Part shown: positions 56,301-64,000 of the stretch, piece after piece
Layout: every line of letters begins with the position of its first letter
Position numbering within the stretch: position 1 is the stretch's first letter
Assembly (NCBI GenBank): GCA_965112735.1
Contig: OZ218951.1
Span: forward strand, 1,798,001 to 1,862,000
Source of the DNA: Phaeosaccion multiseriatum
Lineage: Eukaryota; Protista; Ochrophyta, other classes
Reading direction: 5' to 3'
Length of the DNA: 64,000 nucleotides
The notes under the pieces: model-generated
Database searches by the model: none
The model's input: the letters and a program-made list of their open reading frames with translations, nothing else
What the model was told of the DNA's origin: nothing
Position numbers and translations under genes: made by a program

Positions 56301-58470
56301 GATTCACACCCGTACACAGGTCCACGACTTGGCGCATGCACCAGTCCAGCGCACTCGTCGGGAGCGCATTCACCTTGTCCACCCATTCCGCTTCTTGCAT
56401 CGACCCGTGGCCGAACGGGTCCAGCAGAGGATTATCCGATGCCGACGCCTCTGCTGCCTCTGTCTCTGCAACTGTTGCTGCCGCACCTCCTGCCACTCCT
56501 CCCTCAGCCCTTGTTTCGAACACAATTTCAAAAACGTCGTCATCATTCAACCCGCCCATCCTTCCCTTCTTTGTGGTCAGAGGCTCCCTCTCGCACCCCT
56601 CTTCTTTTCTCTGCTCCGCGCCTTCTGCTACACTTTCCCCACATTCCCCCGCCTCCTCCTCCTCCTGCTGCTGCTGCTGCCGCTGCCGCTGCCGCTCCCT
56701 CCAGAACCAGAGGCCCGCGTCGATGTGAGTGATCTCATTGAGTTGCGATTCGTACAAGTCCTTGAGAGAGTCGAGGTTCTTCTTCATCAGCTGCTTGCTC
56801 TCCTCCAGCTTCCCCCTCATGCCCCCTTCTTCCTCCCCCCCCCCCCCTTCCCCGACCTCGTTGGGCGTAAGCAGGCCCTTTGCGAAGAGCCCCTGCAGCA
56901 TGTGGTATACCTTGCCCAGCACGGCAGACGCCACCTCCTCCGGGACCTTGGCGGTCGTAGCGACGCTCTGAGTCCAAGCCAAGGGGATGCGCAGCCCCGC
57001 CGAGGCCTCGCTACCTGCTGCTACTGTTGCTCCTGCTCCGGACTTCGCCACGCCTTCCGTGCCTCCTCCCTGCCCAGCACTTAATGCGGTCGAAGGAGCA
57101 TCCGTAGCAGCGGCAACGGAAGAGGCTTCAGCGGAAGATGCAGTCGCTGCCGCCGCTGCCGCAGCCGCAGGATGTGGTGGTACGTCGACTCCTCCTCCTC
57201 CGCGGATCATTCCCAGCGCAAAGACTGTCTCGAACTCAATAGTACCCATCGCCCCCGATCCCCCTTCTGCCCCTCTGGCATCCTCCCCCGCTGCTGTGAG
57301 CAACGCCATCGCGGTGCTGCCCCTGCCTGAGCTCACTGCGCTGCCCGGGGGAGGGTCGGCCCCGCCGCACAGACAGGGAGAGATGACGAGCGCCGCCACC
57401 AGGGCACTGATGCTCGAGGTCACTTTCACGACAGAGTTTGGGCTGCTGCTGCTGCTCGTGCTGCTGCTGCGGCTGCGGGTGCCCGTTCCCCCGCCCGCTC
57501 CATCTTCAATGGCGTGTTGGCGCTGCTGCGAACGTGTGAAGAGCAGCATGAGGTACCACCCTACTTCACTTGCCATACTTCGGTACTCTGCTTCTTCCGC
57601 TGCCGCTGCTGCTGCTGCTTTCGGCTCTGACTCATGCTCTTTCAGCTGCTGCTGTCGCTGTAGTCGCAGAGCCCGCAACTGGAGGGAGCACACGCGTTGG
57701 AAGAGCCCCTCCCACATACCCGACAGGCACGTGCCCATCACAAGCTGCGACTTTAACGCAAGTGCAGCTGCATTGGTGTACTCCACACTTGGGGTCGAAG
57801 GAAGTGACGACACGGTGGGCTGAGCCTGCAAGACGGTGGCGAAAGTCGGTATGGTCTTGAGAAAGCCTTTGATGCCCACATCCGTGGCTCCAAGGAGGGC
57901 ATTCAAACTCCGCCGCACACTTTCACGAGAGATTCCGTCGCTGCTTCTGCTGCTGCTATCTACTAGCTGCATAAATACGGCGGCCGCTACGGACAGTCTC
58001 TGGCAGTAGCTCGCCTCCTGGGCGGGGGAAGCCTGATGGTAAGAAAGAAGGGGAGCAAGTCTTCCGCGTGAGTGCAAGTGTGGGACGGCACTAGATTGAA
58101 AGAAGAATTCATTGCCCTAGAGCGACACGCCATCAAGAGGCTTCCGGGAAGGTCAAGAGGGGGATAAGGCGGGGGGGGGGGGGGGGTTGGGGAGACAAAC
58201 CAAGTTCACAGGCAAGCAAAGCCGTCCCCTCTCTACACCAACCTTTTGATACTGCTTCTGCTTCCGGGAGTCTCCCACTTCCGGTTGTCGTTGATGCCGC
58301 CACTGCCCTGGCTGACGCCGCAGCTGCATCCGGCCCGCCGCTGCCAAGACCCTCAACTTGGCTCGTGCTCCCTCCAGCTCCGCGGGTTTCAAGTCCAGGG
58401 CCGCGCTGGCTGCTTTCAAGACTAGCTCCCGCACATCCTCCTCCTCGTCGTCCCCTCCATTCTTCTCCAT
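53003..58470 (-). CDS. RBR: Retinoblastoma-related pocket protein
   Basis: Pocket A: LMACSLEVVL and HFTLCCPCLPHLLSEHMQRVQAELVSNLVWS. Pocket B: GRHLDQ|IIICSAYSICRI and DIISFYNK|VYL. C-terminal S/TP sites and a polyQ/H tract. Confidence 0.88.
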
Positions 58471-58584
58471 GTCAGATGGAAGCCACACCACTAACGAGAG
58501 GGGAAGGGAGGGGATGAGGAAGTAAGTTTCTTGGCAAGGCCAGTGTGAGAATGCTTTCCGGGAGGCCACGAATAGGGCGGCGGG

Positions 58585-58592
58585 GCGGGAAT
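58585..58592 (-). promoter_or_regulatory. Possible E2F-type site (ATTCCCGC) upstream of the RB-like gene
   Basis: Matches WTTSSCSS ~115 bp upstream of the inferred ATG. A short motif in GC-rich DNA, so it may be chance. Confidence 0.25.
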
Positions 58593-58864
58593 CTCAGAGT
58601 CTTTCGGTGCTGATCTCTCACGGCTATGTTAGGAAGCAGGGGGGCAACCTCTCTCTGTCATACTCGTTGCATCCCCTTTCTGGCGGGATGCAATGAAGTA
58701 TCTCCACCCCGGGGAGGTACGTAAGGACACGTAAGCAAACGGACGCCATCTGTGGTCGAAGCCGGATTACAACTGCTCTTCCTTTTCACTATTCGCCTTT
58801 TCTGCTTTTCACTTTTCAAGGACTCTCGTGCAATAAGAGGATAGGAAACACAGATGATAATAAT

Positions 58865-59805
58865 ATGCGGGGCTGGAAAGCGCTCCTCGGCTTCTTCCTC
58901 GTGGGGACGCAGCAGCAGCTTGCCTCCGCTCAGCTTCTCTGGACCTCTCTGGGCCGCTATCCCGGCGCCGACGATGCTCGGGTCAATGGCACAATAGTGT
59001 TCAGCAATGCCTTTAACGAGTTGACACCAGTGGGAGGGGTGAGGATGGGGGGAACTATTGTAGGGCTGGAGGCCAGCGCGACGGGCGGCATTCACGTGCA
59101 TGAAGGTAAAGGCGGAGGTCCAAAGTCCTCTTTATTTTATTTTTTTATTTGGTTCTAACGCCATTTAATGTTATTCGCCCTCGGGACCTCCCTCCTCCGC
59201 AGGCTTCACGTGCTCCGACGCAGAAGAGGTCGGGGGGCACTACTACACGGACGACATTGGCTTTGACCCTTGGGAAACCACCACTTGGGCCTCCGATGAG
59301 AATGGAGTGGCCTCCCTCGGAGTCTACGTCCCTTTCTACACGTTGAGTGAAGCATTCCCCATTGCGGGACGGGCCGTAGTCGTGCATAACTCCGACGGGG
59401 ATCGAGTGGCCTGCGGGCTGCTTGCCGTGACCAGTGGGGAGGTGATTGAGCTGGGACGGTACCCGGGATACTCAGCGTCGGGCTTCAACACCAGCGGCAC
59501 CCTCGTCGTGGAGGAGACGGACAGCGGAGTCAGCATCACCGGTACGGTGGGCGGCGTTGATGAGAGCTCTATGGGCGGACTGCACGTGCACTCAGGCTGG
59601 ACATGTGACGACGCCTCGGGGGTGGGGGGGCATTACTGGGAGACTGGGGAGGACCCCTGGACCGACGAGTGGACCTCGGACGAGAATGGCGCAGCCTTGG
59701 TGTCTCTCAGTCAGGAAAGCTTCTCTCTGCATGACAGCCTGCCCGTGTCCGGTCGGGCCTTTGTGGTGCACGCTGCTAACGGCTCAAGGTGAGTGGACAC
59801 CGCTC

Positions 59806-59841
<36 letters not shown>

Positions 59842-62659
59842 GTGTTGGTGGTGGTGGTGGTGGTGGTGGTGGTGGCGGTGGTAAATGGCCCATGATTGCC
59901 GTTCTGCCGCGTGCCCATTCCGCTTGGTTCTGTGGCGCAGCTGCAGAGCTCACCCCCTGTCTTTATATTCACCAATACCTCTCTCTCCCATATCGCCTGG
60001 CTCCTCATCACGCTTGCTCTTTCTTGCCGTGTACGTCCCTCCAACGACCCGCTCACCAACACACACAGGACGGCATGTGGCATTGTCGGCTCCGGCAAGA
60101 CTGCCTGGACCTCGCTGGGCCTCTATCCCGACGCGGAAGACGCTGGAGTCAACGGCACTGTCGTGTTCACCCTTGCCAACGCCACTGTGGACGAAGGCGG
60201 GGTGATAATGGGTGGAACCCTTGTAGGGCTTGAGGCCGGTGCGACGGGCGGCATTCACGTGCATGAAGGTATGGCGAGTGTCCCTGTGTGGATACCGAAG
60301 AGTGTTGCTGGTTTGGAGCGGCGATACTTTTTAGAGATACCATGATACACTCACTCATTCGCCCTCCCCTCTGTCCTGGCTCCTCCTCCCTCCTCCGCAG
60401 GCTTTACGTGCTCCGACGCAGAAGAGGTCGGGGGGCACTACTACACGGACGACATTGGCTTTGACCCTTGGGAAACCACCACTTGGGCCTCCGATGAGAA
60501 TGGAGTGGCCTCCCTCGGAGTCTACGTCCCTTTCTACACGTTGAGTGAAGCATTCCCCATTGCGGGACGGGCCGTAGTCGTGCACAACTCCGACGGGGAT
60601 CGAGTGGCCTGCGGGCTGCTTGCCGTGACCAGTGGGGAGGTGATTGAGCTGGGACGGTACCCGGGATACTCAGCGTCGGGCTTCAACACCAGCGGCACCC
60701 TCGTCGTGGAGGAGACGGACAGCGGAGTCAGCATCACCGGTACGGTGGGCGGCGTTGATGAGAGCTCTATGGGCGGACTGCACGTGCACTCAGGCTGGAC
60801 ATGTGACGACGCCTCGGGTGTGGGGGGGCATTACTGGGAGACTGGGGAGGACCCCTGGACCGACGAGTGGACCTCGGACGACAATGGCGCAGCCTTGGTG
60901 TCTCTCAGTCAGGAAGATTTCTCTCTGCGTGACAGCCTGCCCGTGTCCGGTCGGGCCTTTGTGGTGCACGCTGCTAACGGCTCAAGGTGAGTGGACACTG
61001 CCGCTTTGCTGCTGCTGGTGTTGGTGTTGGTGGTGTTGGTGGTGGTGGTGAACGAGGACTCGTGATTGCCACGGAACCGGCCCTTGCTGCTGGCTACGTA
61101 TTCACCGATGTGCATCTGTATCTATGTGGTGCCGCCTGGCTTCTCATGACGCTCACCTGTTCTCTCTCTCTCAATCTCTTCCCCCCGCCTCTCTCCCCCT
61201 CTCTCTCCGTCTCTCTCCACTTCCTCACCATGACCCTCACTCGCTCTCAATGACGTCCCCCATAGGATGGCATGTGGCATTATCGGCTCCGGCAAGACTG
61301 CCTGGACCTCGCTGGGCCTCTATCCCGATGCGGAAGACGCTGGAGTCAATGGCACTGTCGTGTTCACCCTTGCCGACAACGCCACTGTGGACGAAGGCGG
61401 GGTGATAATGGGTGGAACCCTTGTAGGGCTGGAGGCCAGCACGACGGGCGGCATTCACGTGCATGAAGGTATGGCGAGAGCCCAAATGTTCCGTGGTTGT
61501 TAACGCTGTTCTAATGCCATGATACCCCTACTCATTCGCCCTCCCCTCTGTCCTGGCTCCTCCTCCCTCCTCCGCAGGCTTCACGTGCTCCGACGCAGAA
61601 GGGGTCGGGGGGCACTACTACACGGACGACATTGGCTTTGACCCTTGGGAAACCACCACTTGGGCCTCCGATGAGAATGGAGTGGCCTCCCTCGGAGTCT
61701 ACGTCCCTTTCTACACGTTGAGTGAAGCATTCCCCATCGCGGGCCGGGCCGTAGTCGTGCACAACTCCGACGGGGATCGAGTGGCCTGCGGGCTGCTTGC
61801 CGTGACCAGTGGGGAGGTGATTGAGCTGGGACGGTACCCGGGATACTCAGCGTCGGGCTTCAACACCAGTGGCACCCTCGTTGTGGAGGAGACGGACAGC
61901 GGAGTCAGCATCACCGGTACGGTGGGCGGCGTTGATGAGAGCTCTATGGGCGGACTGCACGTGCACTCAGGCTGGACATGTGACGACGCCTCGGGTGTGG
62001 GGGGGTATTACTGGGAGACTGGGGAGGACCCCTGGACCGACGAGTGGACCTCGGACGACAATGGCGCAGCCTTGGTGTCTCTCAGTCAGGAAGGCTTCTC
62101 TCTGCATGACAGCCTGCCCGTGTCCGGTCGGGCCTTTGTGGTGCACGCTGCTAACGGCTCAAGGTGAGTGGACACCGCTCTTGCTGCTGCTGTTGGTGTT
62201 GGTGTTGTTGTTGGTGTTGGTGGTGGTGGTGGTGGTGGTGGTGGTGGTGGTGGTCAATGAGGACTCGTGATTGCGGCTAAGCCGCACGCCCAGTAAGCTT
62301 CCTCCAGGACGAAGTCGCGGCTATCGGTGTTCCAATGGCCCCTCACTACGTTCATGCGCGCACACACGCGCACTCACACGCATGCACACACGCACACACG
62401 CACACACGCACACGCACACACGCACACGCATACGCGCGCACACACACACAGGACCGCATGTGGCATTGTGTCTTCACAGGTATCCATGAGCAAAGCTGCC
62501 TCAGTAGGGACCTCTGCAGATGGGGATGCTCCAGAGTCCGATCCGGTGGATGAGGCAGGCGAGAACAGCGCTGTTGCTCAAGGAGGAAGCTGCCATCGTG
62601 GCTGGCTTGGCGGGGTCTGGAGCTTCCTGGCGGGTGCACTGGTGCTCATGTTGTGGTAG
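58865..62659 (+). CDS. Secreted, probably GPI- or TM-anchored protein with six Cu/Zn-SOD-fold (Cu-only type) domains
   Basis: Signal peptide MRGWKALLGFFLVGTQQQLASA. Six repeats of G(I/L)HVH-x-G-x-TC...GGHY...GRA(V/F)VVH...G.R.ACG. Hydrophobic C-terminus WLGGVWSFLAGALVLMLW*. Confidence 0.88.
59040..62270 (+). repeat. Near-identical ~1.19-kb tandem triplication (two SOD domains plus two introns per unit)
   Basis: Equivalent 161-aa ORFs at 59307, 60505 and 61682 differ at only a few residues. Intron ends are also similar between units. Confidence 0.95.
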
Positions 62660-63168
62660 GGTATAATGGCGGTGCGTTGGTGGGTGGGTGGGTGGGTGGG
62701 TGCGTGTTGATGCGTTCAATAGAATTGACTTGACCCAAGTGAGGCCGTGCAGAGGACGAAGGGTCGCTGAGGTAGGCTTCTGCTGGTCGCCTCCCTTCCC
62801 TCGAGGTTATGCGCGTATGGCCCCCTACAGGGGGGGTAAAGCCCTGCTTGCCGGTCCGCTCTTGGAAGAGAATCAATCACTGATTTTGGAGACTTACATA
62901 GATCTTGTACTCACATTAGAAAAATATACATACGATAGAAGAGAAGAGAAAGCCGAGAGAAGAGAGAAGAGAAGACAAGAGAAACGAGTGCTGCTGAGCT
63001 TGCAGCACTTGGAATCGAGCCCAAGCGGGACAAGACTAATAGACACCCCCATCAACAATCAACAATCCAAAACAATAAGACACAACCCTTACCCAAGAAC
63101 CCAAGAGCAAAGAATCATGCAAATTGTCGCCATCCTTGACCGCTTCTTCACGTCCACGCATTCCTCTC

Positions 63169-64000
63169 TCAGTCCTCGCAGTCACAGGGGTGGCCATTCG
63201 CGTGCACCCACTGCTTCATCTCCTCGAAGGTCACATTCCTCCCTGCCTCCCACGCACCCACTTTGAGCAGCACCTCAGGGCAAGAGAGTGCGCCCCATGG
63301 ACACACAACGCTCTCCGATCGCAGCCACTGCAAGACCGTCAGGCTCTTCGCGGCCTCGACCGCAACCTCACAGACCATTTCGTCCCAGTCGCACAGGTCA
63401 CGAGCGTTTGCGTGCAGCCAGCGCAGCACCTCCAAGTGCCCCCTCGTCGAGGCCCACATCGCCCCCCATCGCCACTCGCTGTCTCCCTCTGCCGCCTCCA
63501 GCTCAGGCCTGACCCTGGGGTGAGTCAGAAGCATCTGCAGCACATTGACATGTCCCTCTTGGGCAGCCCACACCCACACACTCGCATCGAATGGGGCGTT
63601 CGCCTCATCCAACAGCAGCCACGTGAGCATGTCCACGTCCCCTCTCTGTGCGGCCTCGCCACAAGTCGTCTCGTTCCACGGGCAGGGGCCTCTGTCCGGC
63701 AGATTTCCCGATCGGAGCCACTTGAGAATGCTCAGGCCGTGTTTGGCGTTTCGGGCAGCAGCTGCGCACACGTCCTCATCCCATGCACAGCCGTTGCGAT
63801 GGAGGACCTCGCAGGCGCTCACGTCCCCCCACCAAGCTGCAGCTCTGAACGTGTCGACGGTCAATGGACAGCCCTGCGTGATGGCCCAGTTGAGGCACGC
63901 CACAGATCCCAGTACGCTTCGACGAAGAGCCGTCTCCAACCCAGGATATGCGGCGCTGTACACTCGCCTCCAATCCTTGCTGACGGCAGCGACGAAGACG
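63169..64000 (-). CDS. Ankyrin-repeat protein (CPWDE-type repeats); 5' end beyond the right edge
   Basis: Repeats CAWDEDVCAAAA...LKWLR, CPWNETTCGEAAQRGDVDMLTWL, AAQEGHVNVLQML, GHLEVLRWLH, CDWDEMVCEVA. No introns in the visible part. Confidence 0.85.
   Translation of the reverse strand, partial: VFVAAVSKDWRRVYSAAYPGLETALRRSVLGSVACLNWAITQGCPLTVDTFRAAAWWGDVSACEVLHRNGCAWDEDVCAAAARNAKHGLSILKWLRSGNLPDRGPCPWNETTCGEAAQRGDVDMLTWLLLDEANAPFDASVWVWAAQEGHVNVLQMLLTHPRVRPELEAAEGDSEWRWGAMWASTRGHLEVLRWLHANARDLCDWDEMVCEVAVEAAKSLTVLQWLRSESVVCPWGALSCPEVLLKVGAWEAGRNVTFEEMKQWVHANGHPCDCED

Overview
Gene-dense, intron-rich, GC-rich eukaryotic DNA with many microsatellites (CAG/GCT, GGA, GT, GGAA). The organism is probably a photosynthetic stramenopile (ochrophyte). 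This is inferred from one bipartite plastid-targeting-like leader and the gene content, and is not proven. In order, the window holds: a kinesin-3-like motor running off the left edge; a myristoylated EF-hand protein; two head-to-head CaMK-type kinases (a third paralog lies at ~41-43 kb); a very large telomerase reverse transcriptase (TERT, ~2,400 aa); a small ORF divergent from TERT; a decayed P-element/THAP9-like transposase; CHID1; a TPT-family transporter; a small plastid-targeted protein; an ecdysteroid-kinase-like protein; a YciI protein; an unknown membrane protein; MEMO1; a YwlE-like low-molecular-weight phosphatase; arginase; a retinoblastoma-related protein; a secreted six-domain Cu-only SOD-repeat protein; and an ankyrin-repeat protein running off the right edge. 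The three most unusual observations are: (1) a ~80-nt foldable island carrying two telomeric repeats inside the TERT intron between RT motifs B' and C; (2) a 15-bp motif (CTGTATCACCAACTG) placed repeatedly in CTG/CAG tracts of exons, in both orientations and three reading frames; (3) the recently triplicated SOD-repeat surface protein, which lacks the Zn site. Exon boundaries were inferred by eye and are approximate.
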